In this document: positions 1 to 9,397 of the stretch, in pieces
Layout of the letters: every line of letters starts with the position of its first letter
Numbering within the stretch: position 1 is the stretch's first letter
DNA from: an uncultured Methanosarcinales archaeon
GTDB taxonomy: Archaea > Nanobdellota > Nanobdellia > Woesearchaeales > DATDXC01
Assembly: GCA_964510025.1 (NCBI GenBank)
Contig: CAZDZV010000009.1
Location: 1-62,515, forward strand
Length of the DNA: 62,515 nucleotides
Reading direction: 5' to 3'
Made by a program: the position numbers and the translations under genes
Notes under the pieces: model-generated
The model's database searches: none
Told to the model about the DNA's origin: nothing
The model's input: the letters and a program-made list of their open reading frames with translations, nothing else

Positions 1-960
1 CCCTCTTCCATAACGGTTGCTGGTGGATACATATAATATGCCCTCATGCACTGTTACCGACCTTAATCTGCCAAGGCTGTCTATAACAATTGATTCACTT
101 AGGACCTTATGTCCATCCAGGCTCAGCTTTCTTAGCTGCCTTCCCCTTAATCCACTGACATACAGGCTCTGGCTGTCGCTTGCGATGTCCCCTGGAGCCA
201 ACGTAAATTCGGTATAGCATCTTATGGGTTCTACTGTCCCTTCATCCTGCTCTCCGCAAACATTTGGCCAACCGTAATTTGCTCCTTTCTGTATAATATT
301 GATCTCATCATGCCTGCTTGGGCCATGTTCACAGGAGAACAAAGTTCCATTTATCCAGGCAAGGCCTTGAGGATTCCTATGGCCGTAGCTGTAAACAAGG
401 TTGCCAAAAGGGTTGTCTGCGGGCACTGTTCCATCCTTGTTTATCCTTAATATCTTCCCGGCAAGGCTTTGCGTATCCTGGGCGCTGCTGGGATTGGTCG
501 CATCCCCTGTAGTGATATACAGCCTGTTGTCTGGACCGAAAGCTATCCTGCCCCCATCGTGAAATTGAGCTGAAGGGATATTATCGACCAGCACTGTTTC
601 CTGTGCCAAGCCCTGCTCCAGCAGCCTATATCGCGAGACCCTGTTGTGCCCGGCGGTATGAGTGTAGTATACATAGATATGCCTATTTTTCTCAAAATCA
701 GGATCAGCAGCGATCCCCAATAGGCCGCTTTCCGCCACCTCTCTTACATCGATATCTTTGATGGTGCTCCTTTCATCCCCATCAGAGATGCTTACTCTGC
801 CGTTTCTCTCAGTTAACAGCATCCTACCGTCCGGAAGAAAATCAATACCCCATGGTGTATCCAGATTATCGACAAATACATCTAATTGTTGGCTGGAATT
901 TTCCTCTGATATATCGCATCCTACCAAAAAAACCAATGTGCAGATTAGTATGTATTTCAT
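1..960 (-). CDS. PQQ-dependent sugar (glucose/sorbosone) dehydrogenase family lipoprotein, 3'-partial
   Basis: Hand translation from ATG at 960: MKYILICTLVFLVGC (lipobox-like), PWGIDFLPDGRMLLTER, GLLGIAADPDF, HDGGRIAFGPD, GHRNPQGLAW, GANYGWP; runs off the window edge. Confidence 0.88.
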   Translation of the reverse strand, partial: MKYILICTLVFLVGCDISEENSSQQLDVFVDNLDTPWGIDFLPDGRMLLTERNGRVSISDGDERSTIKDIDVREVAESGLLGIAADPDFEKNRHIYVYYTHTAGHNRVSRYRLLEQGLAQETVLVDNIPSAQFHDGGRIAFGPDNRLYITTGDATNPSSAQDTQSLAGKILRINKDGTVPADNPFGNLVYSYGHRNPQGLAWINGTLFSCEHGPSRHDEINIIQKGANYGWPNVCGEQDEGTVEPIRCYTEFTLAPGDIASDSQSLYVSGLRGRQLRKLSLDGHKVLSESIVIDSLGRLRSVTVHEGILYVSTSNRYGRG

Positions 961-1055
961 TTGTCTATCTTATTGCCGTGTTACAGGCATCACGCCCCTG
1001 GAAGCATAAATCCTAGATTCTCCTGCTTTGTCTGCTCCTGCCGACCCATCTGCCT

Positions 1056-1997
1056 CTATTTTAGCTGTTTTCCGTAATGTCTTACGCATTTTTCGCACCT
1101 GTTCCCGATCTGGCCGATGAGCTTGCTGTCCTGGAATATCTGCGTGATCTCGCATTGGTTGCTGCATCCTTTGGCCGTGTATGTTGACGTACTGAAATCC
1201 GAATCGATGATCCTGAATCCCTTGAAGCTGGTTTTTCTTGGCTTGCTTTCCTTGGCCGCCATAGCAACGCCTATAGCCCCCATCAGCGCCGGATTTTCAG
1301 GCACAGTTACCTCATGGCCCAACTCTTCTTGCAGGCACTTCAATAGAGCCTTGTTTTGTGCCGTGGCGCCCTGGAAAACATAAGGTGGTTTAAGCATCAG
1401 ACCTTTGCCTAGCATTGCAAAATAATTTCCGATAAGCCCTCTGCATACGCCCATCAGTATATCCTCTTTATTCATTCCCTTGTTCAGCTTTGAGACCACA
1501 GCTGACTGGCAGAATATGCCGCATTTTGATGGCAGGGAAAGCTTTTTTTTGCTTGTAAGGGCTATAGCGCCTATATTTTGCAGCGGCACGTTCATCCTGC
1601 TGGCTATATTTTCTATCATTGCGCCTGTGCCTCCTCCGCAGTCCCTGTTCATGACAAAATTGGTTATCACCTTATCCTCTACCTGTATGAGTTTGCAATC
1701 CTCACCGCCTATATCAAATATGGTCTTGACCTTAGGGAACATCGAGGTTGTTGCGATATAGTGCGAAATGATCTCTGATTCATTCTTGTCACCCCCTATC
1801 AACGTGGAGATAAATTCCCTGCCTGATCCTGTTACGCCTACGCTTTCTATGTCGTATCCTTCCAGATCCTTAAGCACAAGCTTGACAGTATCGATTAGGC
1901 CGTAGTTCTTTCTGTATGTATGGCTCACAACATCCGACCCTGCATCTATCACTGTCCCTTTCATGGATACGCTGCCGCAGTCTATGCCAAGATACAT
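1056..1997 (-). CDS. 2-hydroxyacyl-CoA dehydratase activator (ASKHA ATPase, BadF/BadG/BcrA/BcrD family)
   Basis: YLGIDCGSVS, GVTGSGR, DIGGED, MNRDCGGGTG, KCGIFCQS Fe-S Cys, C-terminal CSNQC. Confidence 0.9.
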   Translation of the reverse strand: MYLGIDCGSVSMKGTVIDAGSDVVSHTYRKNYGLIDTVKLVLKDLEGYDIESVGVTGSGREFISTLIGGDKNESEIISHYIATTSMFPKVKTIFDIGGEDCKLIQVEDKVITNFVMNRDCGGGTGAMIENIASRMNVPLQNIGAIALTSKKKLSLPSKCGIFCQSAVVSKLNKGMNKEDILMGVCRGLIGNYFAMLGKGLMLKPPYVFQGATAQNKALLKCLQEELGHEVTVPENPALMGAIGVAMAAKESKPRKTSFKGFRIIDSDFSTSTYTAKGCSNQCEITQIFQDSKLIGQIGNRCEKCVRHYGKQLK

Positions 1998-2899
1998 TTT
2001 TTCCTCCTCAATACCGATATGAATGTCTCAATCCTTGTGTCAAACCCAGCCTCAAACCTGTTTTCATCTATCGGAAACCTGTAAATCGGCACCTTATATT
2101 TCTGGCCTACACGGCTCATAAGCATCTCTATGGTTGTCTCTGGCATACAGCTTAACGGAAGAAGGTGTATTATTCCGTCAAATCCCTGCTTTGCATATTC
2201 AATTGCTGAATAAAGGCTGTATCTTCCATGACCGCCGATATCCCCCTGGATGTAGGGCCTGAGGACCTTTTTTTCATGCCGCAATCCCTTGATATCGTAC
2301 TTATGCCACAGGAAATGGGAAAGCTTGGTTGATATGTCAACGGCAATCCCCATTTTTTGAAGCTTCCTTACGATATCATAGTTGATATAGGGTTCAAGCA
2401 GGGTGTAGATTTCTCCTGTGATCCCTATTTTCATGTCTGCTTCCTTATCAAAGGGAAACTGGTTTTTTTCTTCCTCTAGGATGATATGGTAATAGTGCAC
2501 CATCTTCTTTGCAATAACAAGAGGATTTTTACCAGATAATTTATGGAAAGCCCATATCACTCCCCTTGGGGATGAAGGCATATTGATCATTTCAAATCTA
2601 TAGCCTAGGTCTTCCAGGATCTGCCTTGAAATGTTATAATACTGTCCGATCCTGCATAGTGAATTCTGCTGGCCCCACATAACTGTTGTATTTGCCCCTC
2701 TCTCCAAACCGTCTATAAAGCAGCCAAGAACAACCTTGAACGGGAAGCACATCATGTCGCTGCTGTACTTAACGCCCTTCTTTATTATATCCTGGTTTAT
2801 CTGCCTGGTCTTTATTACGTTAACATCAAGCTCTTTTAGCAGATCCTCGAATATCTCGGTGTAAAAGCCTATCCTCGGTATAGTGACTACCCTATCCAT
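1982..2899 (-). CDS. 2-hydroxyacyl-CoA dehydratase-like / CoA-activase partner subunit
   Basis: MCFPFKVVLG, CRIGQY, GEIY, GHG, PLSCMPE, DE...GFDTRIETF motifs; coupled to the activator gene. Confidence 0.8.
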   Translation of the reverse strand: MDRVVTIPRIGFYTEIFEDLLKELDVNVIKTRQINQDIIKKGVKYSSDMMCFPFKVVLGCFIDGLERGANTTVMWGQQNSLCRIGQYYNISRQILEDLGYRFEMINMPSSPRGVIWAFHKLSGKNPLVIAKKMVHYYHIILEEEKNQFPFDKEADMKIGITGEIYTLLEPYINYDIVRKLQKMGIAVDISTKLSHFLWHKYDIKGLRHEKKVLRPYIQGDIGGHGRYSLYSAIEYAKQGFDGIIHLLPLSCMPETTIEMLMSRVGQKYKVPIYRFPIDENRFEAGFDTRIETFISVLRRKKCILA

Positions 2900-2999
2900 T
2901 CTTTTGCTCCAGTTCTTTCCTGCATTTTTCGGAGCAAAAAGGGGCGTCCCCCTCCTTCTGCTCCAGCTTCATGCTGCATATCTTGCAATGGTCTGTCAT
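2892..2999 (-). CDS. 35-aa zinc-ribbon microprotein (DUF2116/YacG-like HCxxC...FCSxxC)
   Basis: Hand translation MTDHCKICSMKLEQKEGDAPFCSEKCRKELEQKNG; ATGA overlap with the upstream stop and overlap with the downstream start. Confidence 0.7.
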   Translation of the reverse strand: MTDHCKICSMKLEQKEGDAPFCSEKCRKELEQKNG

Positions 3000-4342
3000 T
3001 TTTTCGCCCCGGCTGTCGCTTTTTGGATTATTTCAGTCATTGATGGATGTATATGCATGCCTTCGATAATGGGCTTGGTGCTTTCGGCATTCACAACCTC
3101 TTGTATCAGTATGGGCGCGTATGGGCCGATGATATGGCAGCCCAATATCTCCTCCTTCTTAACAACAATCTTGACAATCCCCCTGTCTTCTCTCAAAGCA
3201 GCGCCTTTTGCGACCTCATTATAGCTTATCTTCTTTACCGAAACTCCGCCTTTCTTCCTGGCTTCAGCTTCAGTCATACCGACCGAAGCTATCTGGGGCC
3301 AGCTATAGACCGCATGAGGCACTTTTCGGAAATCGAATGCAGATTTTTTATCTATGACCGCATTATGCCATGCATATCTGGCTTCCTTGTTTGCAGAATG
3401 GGTAAACATTGCCTTTCCGATAGCATCCCCAAAGGCCCAAATGCCTTTTTTTGATGTTTCAAGATATTCATCAACCATGATAAATCCCCTGTTATCTGTC
3501 CTTATTCCCGATCTATCCACCTTCAGAATATCAGCGTTGGATATTCTGCCAACAGCCATCAAAATTCTCTTGCCCCTGCATTTTATATTTGTTTTGCCCA
3601 TCCCAGTTTTTTGCTCTCCATGCAGCAGGCACCCATCGGATGTTTGCCGCAACCCCCTTATTTCAACGTTTGTAAGGATCCTCATCCTTTTTTCCATTGC
3701 TCGCTGCAATATCTCTGATATCTCCGGCTCCTCATCCGGAACGAGCCTCTTGTTACGCTGAACAACCGTCACCTTGGTCCCTATTGCGGCAAAAAAATGC
3801 GCATATTCTACAGCGACAAATCCTCCCCCTAAGATTATTAGGCTTTCGGGCCTCTCTTTCAGCCTGAGCACACTCTCATTTGTAAGAAAATCTATTTTTT
3901 CAAATCCTTTTAGTATCATGGGCCTGGCACCGCAAGCTATGAAGATTTTCTTACCCATTATCTTTTTGTCATTTATCTTAAGTATGTAATCCTCGATAAA
4001 TTCAGCTCGTCCTTCATAAAAATCAAATCCCTTACTGGTCCTTAGGCTTTTTAGGATATTCTTATGCACCGGAACAGTTTCCTTTCTCATGTCTTCCATG
4101 ATTTTTTTGAAGTCTACATTGCCCACTATAGAATCTATTCCGAATTTTTTGGATTCCTTTATCTCCTGTATCCTGTCTGCCGCTGCTATCAGCATCTTGG
4201 ATGGGATGCATCCGGAATTAAGGCAGGTTCCGCCTGCGGGACCTTTATCTATGAGTGCTGTTGTCTTTTTACTCGCAACAGCCTTTTTTATGATATTCAT
4301 GCCGCTGCCTGAGCCTATAACCACGATGTCATACTCTTTCAT
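2996..4342 (-). CDS. Pyridine nucleotide-disulfide oxidoreductase (dihydrolipoamide dehydrogenase-like)
   Basis: VIGSGSG, GGTCLNSGCIPSK redox disulfide, GGGFVAVE, GD, C-terminal HIHPSMTE. Confidence 0.9.
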   Translation of the reverse strand: MKEYDIVVIGSGSGMNIIKKAVASKKTTALIDKGPAGGTCLNSGCIPSKMLIAAADRIQEIKESKKFGIDSIVGNVDFKKIMEDMRKETVPVHKNILKSLRTSKGFDFYEGRAEFIEDYILKINDKKIMGKKIFIACGARPMILKGFEKIDFLTNESVLRLKERPESLIILGGGFVAVEYAHFFAAIGTKVTVVQRNKRLVPDEEPEISEILQRAMEKRMRILTNVEIRGLRQTSDGCLLHGEQKTGMGKTNIKCRGKRILMAVGRISNADILKVDRSGIRTDNRGFIMVDEYLETSKKGIWAFGDAIGKAMFTHSANKEARYAWHNAVIDKKSAFDFRKVPHAVYSWPQIASVGMTEAEARKKGGVSVKKISYNEVAKGAALREDRGIVKIVVKKEEILGCHIIGPYAPILIQEVVNAESTKPIIEGMHIHPSMTEIIQKATAGAKK

Positions 4343-4514
4343 CTATATACCCCCTCCATATTCCGCTTGATCTCTTTTTCGCATAGCTACTGTCAGCGAC
4401 ATAGCCAGGCTCAAGGCCTGGCCTTTTGCCATATATGCCCCTATACATCGCCCTATTCACGCCTCCATGACAGCTTCCTCCAACTACAATGACATGCTTA
4501 TTCCTTGGTTTCAT
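4329..4514 (-). CDS. Hypothetical small protein (~61 aa)
   Basis: Fills the operon gap exactly; ATG overlaps the upstream TGA (ATGA); no recognised motif. Confidence 0.4.
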   Translation of the reverse strand: MKPRNKHVIVVGGSCHGGVNRAMYRGIYGKRPGLEPGYVADSSYAKKRSSGIWRGYIDERV

Positions 4515-5242
4515 TCTGTTGCTATCACAATGTTGCATTCCTCGCACTCCTGGATCCTCTTGAATATATCATCTATCTCTGGCTCTTTCGTATGTATCGT
4601 TGTTCCGTTTTCCAGCAATATGTCGACGCATAGGGAATGCGTCTGGACAACCTGTGCAGCCTGCTGCAGATGCGTTAAGGCCTCTGCATAGCTTATCTGT
4701 GGTTGCATGCATCCAGCGCACCTGCCTTCGGTCCAGTAGTCCACTTTGGAATCTGCGCATGCATGGCATGAATTTGGATAGGTTTGTGCGCAGGGGTATG
4801 CGGGACATTGAATATTTTCGCTGAACCATCCGCAAACAGGGTCATAAAGCTGCGTACATACCTCAGGCCTTTCTGAGCAGTAGTTTCTTTCCATCTCTCG
4901 GCATCCACAACCTATATCGTCCTTGAATGGCACCCTCTCCCCACACTCAGGCATTTTGCAGTCTTTGTCCAGGCTCCTGTAGCTTTTTTCAGCGCTGTTG
5001 AACCTGTTCAGGTTCTCGCATCTTTGTTGCAAACAGCCACAGTCCTCTTCATCGTAGGCAGCGCCAAACCTGAATTCTTCTGTGCAAAATTCCGGCTGAG
5101 GCAGAGTTGCAGCATAGGATGCTCTGACGCATGTGGTGGGGTGGCACCCAGGCCTCGGTACACATTCTGCATCAGAACTGCAATAGTTTGCTGCACACCC
5201 GGTGAGCAATAGCATTATAACCACCGATATCGCAATCTTCAT
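4511..5242 (-). CDS. Cys-rich secreted lipoprotein with Kazal-like segment
   Basis: Signal ending LLTGC; CTQLYDPVCG...TYPNSCHAC Kazal-like pattern; many paired Cys. Confidence 0.65.
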   Translation of the reverse strand: MKIAISVVIMLLLTGCAANYCSSDAECVPRPGCHPTTCVRASYAATLPQPEFCTEEFRFGAAYDEEDCGCLQQRCENLNRFNSAEKSYRSLDKDCKMPECGERVPFKDDIGCGCREMERNYCSERPEVCTQLYDPVCGWFSENIQCPAYPCAQTYPNSCHACADSKVDYWTEGRCAGCMQPQISYAEALTHLQQAAQVVQTHSLCVDILLENGTTIHTKEPEIDDIFKRIQECEECNIVIATE

Positions 5243-6381
5243 TTTACCCTCCGCCGGCTTTCTCGCTGGCCAAACTTGCTTTTTATCTGCTTCTCTATCT
5301 CTTCAAGAGCCATACGCAGGGCTGTGATTATATCCCAGTCCTGGGCCTCAGACGCTATAGTGTTCCCGGGATAGTTGAGCCTTGATTTTATATGGTATAT
5401 GCTCCTCCTGCCTTCTTTTCTTATGGTCTTGAAATGCAGCTGAACATCAAAAAGGTTGTTCACTATGTAAAGATATCTTCCAGCATATTTGGATGCAAGC
5501 TCCCTGATATTTTTCACATCCTTGTCTGACAGGTGCAGATTATCCATTCCGACAAAATAGATGTTCTGCATATCTTCAGGCAGGGTCTTGATAACCAGCC
5601 TGAGTATGGACGCTGCTGTGTATCTTCCCCTGAGCGGATTTCCTTTAGGGAATAATGTCTGGATTGATTTATTTTCCATTATCTTTGCAGCATCCATCAC
5701 GCTGCGATCCAGGCTTATAATTGTGGGCGCAACCGTAATCAGGTTGCCGGCAGGCAGATCGAGCAAGGAGGTAAATTCCGCCCTAAACCCTCTTGTGTCT
5801 GTTCCTGACTTTTGGCCGAAACTCCGGCTAAAATGGTAAGAATAATACTTATCCAATATGTCTTTGTGCCTGATTATGCCAGCTAACCTCTCTTTTTCTA
5901 TCAAAGGTATCTCCACAAAATTCTGGCGATGAAATAGATGTATAATCTTTCCTATGCTGTCCTCGGGCTTTACTTCCAGATATGGCTCCTCAATCTCTCT
6001 TATCCTTATGTTTTTTACCTGGGGAAACTGGTCGATGTTCTTAAGCACGCTAAATACATCAACGATTCCCGCCAGCTTATCATCTTCGTATACAGGCAGC
6101 AAGTCAGCGCTGTGAAGTATCATCGACTTAATGATCCCAACAAGCTCTGTCTCTGGTCCTATTCTGGGCACCCGCTTTATGAAATGCCCCACTTTTACCT
6201 CTTTTATGTCCATCTTTGATCTGAAAAAATCAAAATGCGCAAATAATCCCTCAAATCTTTCCTTGCTGGTTATAATAGCTTCATGTATGCTTCTCTTCCT
6301 CATTTTGCCCAATAACGATGAGATATTCTCTGATTTGTCTACGCTCAGGTAATCTTTTTTCATTATATCTTTGGCTTTCAT
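5239..6381 (-). CDS. Tandem CBS domains fused to C-terminal HPF/RaiA-like domain (archaeal ribosome hibernation factor-like)
   Basis: Four CBS-like repeats (KAKDIM..., LPVYEDDKLAGIV, IPLIEKERLAGII); last ~105 aa have an HPF beta-alpha-beta-beta-beta-alpha pattern ending ASEAQDWDIITALRMALEEIEKQI. Confidence 0.75.
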   Translation of the reverse strand: MKAKDIMKKDYLSVDKSENISSLLGKMRKRSIHEAIITSKERFEGLFAHFDFFRSKMDIKEVKVGHFIKRVPRIGPETELVGIIKSMILHSADLLPVYEDDKLAGIVDVFSVLKNIDQFPQVKNIRIREIEEPYLEVKPEDSIGKIIHLFHRQNFVEIPLIEKERLAGIIRHKDILDKYYSYHFSRSFGQKSGTDTRGFRAEFTSLLDLPAGNLITVAPTIISLDRSVMDAAKIMENKSIQTLFPKGNPLRGRYTAASILRLVIKTLPEDMQNIYFVGMDNLHLSDKDVKNIRELASKYAGRYLYIVNNLFDVQLHFKTIRKEGRRSIYHIKSRLNYPGNTIASEAQDWDIITALRMALEEIEKQIKSKFGQRESRRRVK

Positions 6382-6582
6382 CTAGTGCACCCTGTTTATC
6401 CTTGACAGCACATCTTCTGCGGACCTGTAGGTTATGTTAGGTATCTCTGCTATTATCCTTTTTATGTCTGGATCCTTTGCTGAACTTTCTATAACTTTTT
6501 TCTCCGCAGGATACTTTATCCTTTCCAGAAAGCTGATTAGAGCTTTTTCGTGCTTGCTGACGGAATAATGGTCGTGTCTCAT
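6382..6582 (-). CDS. DUF2795-like small protein
   Basis: LERIKYPAEK...IPNITYRSAEDV pattern; start re-assigned to ATG 6582 (ATGA overlap). Confidence 0.6.
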   Translation of the reverse strand: MRHDHYSVSKHEKALISFLERIKYPAEKKVIESSAKDPDIKRIIAEIPNITYRSAEDVLSRINRVH

Positions 6583-6812
6583 TTGAATGGATTTCCTATT
6601 GCTGCCATTGCAAAGATCGCATGGACTATCACTGAACCTAGGAAAATAATCCAATAATAGCAATGATATCTGTAGAAACCAGCATAGGCTTTGGATTCAG
6701 CTATTGGCTTCGGCAGCCTTATAGGTATGCATCTGCACGACAGTATTACGAGTATTGCGCCCGCAATGTTTAACCAGCCGAATATATAGGTTAACTTAAG
6801 CGCCAGAGCCAT
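6579..6812 (-). CDS. Small two-TM membrane protein with conserved His residues
   Basis: MALALKLTYIFGWLN...SCRC...FYRYHCYYWIIFLGSVIVHA; two hydrophobic helices. Confidence 0.6.
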   Translation of the reverse strand: MALALKLTYIFGWLNIAGAILVILSCRCIPIRLPKPIAESKAYAGFYRYHCYYWIIFLGSVIVHAIFAMAAIGNPFK

Positions 6813-7041
6813 CAAGCTCCACCCCCACGACCAGGTGCATATTTTCAATAAGGTCAAACCATGGCAGGAGTTCCGCATAAAGCGATAACCCGCTCTTGTC
6901 TCCAGATACATTTACCACAGGCTTCGGGTATTGACTTACCAGCATTCGGGTGCATTCAGACCGCTCCTGCACTGTTGCCACGAGCTTGATAGCTACGTTA
7001 TGCTGCATTTCTGAATAGATTAGTGGCTCCACTTCATCCAC
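6796..7041 (-). CDS. Hypothetical protein
   Basis: 81-aa ORF overlapping both neighbours in the operon. Confidence 0.45.
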   Translation of the reverse strand: MDEVEPLIYSEMQHNVAIKLVATVQERSECTRMLVSQYPKPVVNVSGDKSGLSLYAELLPWFDLIENMHLVVGVELDGSGA

Positions 7042-7645
7042 CTGCTAACCTGCCTGCGGTCATAGCAAGCCTCCTACCCTGTTCTTTGGCAATGGCCTTG
7101 TCTGATTCAAGCGGCGCCCTGTCAGCCCCTGGGCCAGATGTAGAGGAAGCGCCATAGGGCCCTCCCCCTGCTATGTTGTCCATCTGGCTTAGGCCAGATA
7201 CAGTGTATGGGATGCCTATGATTATCATGCCATGGTGAAGGAGCAGTGGTATGGAGGTTACCACAGTGGATTCATGCCCGCCATGCTGGGTTGAAGCGCT
7301 TGTAAAGATTGTGGCAACCTTGTCAACAAGCTTTCCCTGCTGCCAAAGGTCTCCGGTATCATCAAGGAAGCTCTTCATCTGTGCGCTCCAGTTGCCGTAT
7401 CTTGTCGGCGTGCCGAATGCTATGCCGTCGGCCCAAACAAGATCGTCCTTGGATGCTATTTTGATATCCTTGAGCTCCTCTTTTACCTCCCTCATTTTCT
7501 CGTTCCATTTCTCCTTTGGGATGATTTCCTCCACCTGCCTTATGCGTACTTTAGCCCCTTGCTCCTTGGCACCGCTCGCAATAGCCTCCTTAAGTTTGGC
7601 TACATTGCCTGTCATGCTGTAGAATATAACCGCTATTTTTGTCAT
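7034..7645 (-). CDS. wrbA: NAD(P)H:quinone oxidoreductase type IV
   Basis: VIFYSMTGNV, ADGIAFGTPTRYGN, STQHGGHEST, GGGPYGAS. Confidence 0.93.
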   Translation of the reverse strand: MTKIAVIFYSMTGNVAKLKEAIASGAKEQGAKVRIRQVEEIIPKEKWNEKMREVKEELKDIKIASKDDLVWADGIAFGTPTRYGNWSAQMKSFLDDTGDLWQQGKLVDKVATIFTSASTQHGGHESTVVTSIPLLLHHGMIIIGIPYTVSGLSQMDNIAGGGPYGASSTSGPGADRAPLESDKAIAKEQGRRLAMTAGRLAGG

Positions 7646-7646
7646 T

Positions 7647-8939
7647 CTATGCACCTCTCCTGAAAAATTCGCTAGATCCCCTGGATTTAACAGCCTGGTC
7701 AATATGATGTATGGCGGCAACATATGCTGCTGTCCTCAGCGGAATTTTTTTGTCCTTGCTTATGCCCCTAATCCTGCTATATATGTCCTTCATTCTCTGC
7801 TTCAACTGGTCATCTATCTCTTCAGCTTTCCAGTAATATGCCTGCCTGTTCTGCACCCATTCAAGATAGCTCACTATAACTCCGCCTGCATTTGCAGCTA
7901 TATCCGGTATGACCAGTACTCCATTTTTTTGAAGTATTTCATCAGCACTATACGTGGTAGGTGAATTGGCAACTTCACATATAAGTTTGGCCTTGATCTT
8001 GTCGGCATTATCCTTGTTTATCACTCCCTCAACGGCCGCTGGAATGACTATATCTACATCAAGCTCAAGGATATCCTCATTTGATATACTATCATATGAG
8101 TCTGAATCGCAAACGCTGCCTTTGCAGTAGTATTTGCTCACCATACCTTTCTCTTTCTTGGCTTTCATTACCTCAACCGGGTCAATGCAATCCTGGTCTG
8201 GCTTGCATCTAATCCCGCCCTTTGAGTCGCTGACAGCCTTAACCTTATAGCTGTTTTTGTGCAGTATTTTTGCAATGTTATACCCTACATTTCCATAGCC
8301 CTGGATAGCAACAGTTGTCTCTTTAGGACTCTTACCATTGCCCTTCCTCCACAGTTCCACCATATGGACCGCGCCTTTAGCAGTCGCATCCTTTCTCCCT
8401 AAGCTGCCACCGTAGCTTACCGGCTTACCGGTAGCGACAGCAAGACAGATTTTCCTGCTGAGCTTGCTGTATTCATCAGCCATCCAAGCCATTATCATCT
8501 CATTTGTGTACATATCCGGCGCAAGGATATCGACATCAGGCCCTATGTTATCATAGATGCAGTTTACATATGATCTGCTCAAATGCTCAAGCTCATGCTT
8601 TGAAATCCTTTTTGGATCAACTTTCACCCCACCTTTGGCCCCCCCGAAAGGCAGCTCAGCAAGTGCACACTTGAATGTCATAAGAAAAGCCAGGCCTTTT
8701 ACCTCCTGCTGCTTAAGGTCCGGGCTGTATCTTATACCTCCTTTTGTAGGCCCCAGTATATCATTATATCTGACCCTATAGCCCGGAAACAGCATGATGC
8801 TACCTTTTTCCGTCCTGATAGGCACCGCAGCCTCTATGAGCTGCATAGGCTGCATCAGCGATGTTTTGGTATCCTCTGAAAGCTTTGCATGCTCACTGGC
8901 CTTTTCAAACTGTTTGATTGCATTGTTGAGAATGTTCAT
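7647..8939 (-). CDS. gdhA: Glu/Leu/Phe/Val dehydrogenase (glutamate dehydrogenase)
   Basis: GPTKGGIRY, MTFK, PFGGAKGG, DILAPD, TGKP..GGSLGR, QGYGNVG, PDIAANAGGVIVSYLEWVQN. Confidence 0.93.
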   Translation of the reverse strand: MNILNNAIKQFEKASEHAKLSEDTKTSLMQPMQLIEAAVPIRTEKGSIMLFPGYRVRYNDILGPTKGGIRYSPDLKQQEVKGLAFLMTFKCALAELPFGGAKGGVKVDPKRISKHELEHLSRSYVNCIYDNIGPDVDILAPDMYTNEMIMAWMADEYSKLSRKICLAVATGKPVSYGGSLGRKDATAKGAVHMVELWRKGNGKSPKETTVAIQGYGNVGYNIAKILHKNSYKVKAVSDSKGGIRCKPDQDCIDPVEVMKAKKEKGMVSKYYCKGSVCDSDSYDSISNEDILELDVDIVIPAAVEGVINKDNADKIKAKLICEVANSPTTYSADEILQKNGVLVIPDIAANAGGVIVSYLEWVQNRQAYYWKAEEIDDQLKQRMKDIYSRIRGISKDKKIPLRTAAYVAAIHHIDQAVKSRGSSEFFRRGA

Positions 8940-9397
8940 GCCCCCTCCGTCATCCATTGATCCTGCATCCAGCCTATTTTCCTGGAATCCACTCCTATAT
9001 CTTCCGCAGACACACCTCTGTGCGCTGCAAACAGGGCCCGGTATTCACTGGCATAGGCCCTGGCAATCTGCTCGACATCAGCCTCTCCTAATCGATTGGG
9101 GCTTAGCTGGACCACCCCTCTTGCTCCGCTCATATGTGGGCCCAATAGCATTTTTTTTATCCTCATAAAGGTTGCTAATCCTGTAACCTCTTCCAAGGTT
9201 ACAGAATCCGCAAACCTTATCCCTCCCTTTGTTGGGGAAAGAGAAGGAAAATGTCTTACCCTGGATCCAGTATACGCTTTAGTGCCGCTCTTCAGCTCAA
9301 CAGCGATCCCCCTTATTATCTTCTCCCGAGGCAACACTACCTCTCCTCTAAATCTATCAGACAAACCTTTGAGATCTTCTTTATTCAGTGGTTTCAT
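8936..9397 (-). CDS. Stand-alone GDH N-terminal (dimerisation/substrate) domain protein, catalytically divergent
   Basis: RVRH...PTKGGIRF, SGARGV in place of GGAKGG, AEDIG...IGWMQDQW; no NAD-binding domain; ATGA-coupled on both sides. Confidence 0.75.
   Translation of the reverse strand: MKPLNKEDLKGLSDRFRGEVVLPREKIIRGIAVELKSGTKAYTGSRVRHFPSLSPTKGGIRFADSVTLEEVTGLATFMRIKKMLLGPHMSGARGVVQLSPNRLGEADVEQIARAYASEYRALFAAHRGVSAEDIGVDSRKIGWMQDQWMTEGA

Noticed and set aside
970..1167. 65-aa minus-strand ORF between the activator and the sugar dehydrogenase
   Set aside because: It largely overlaps the activator in another frame and has no motif or clear RBS.
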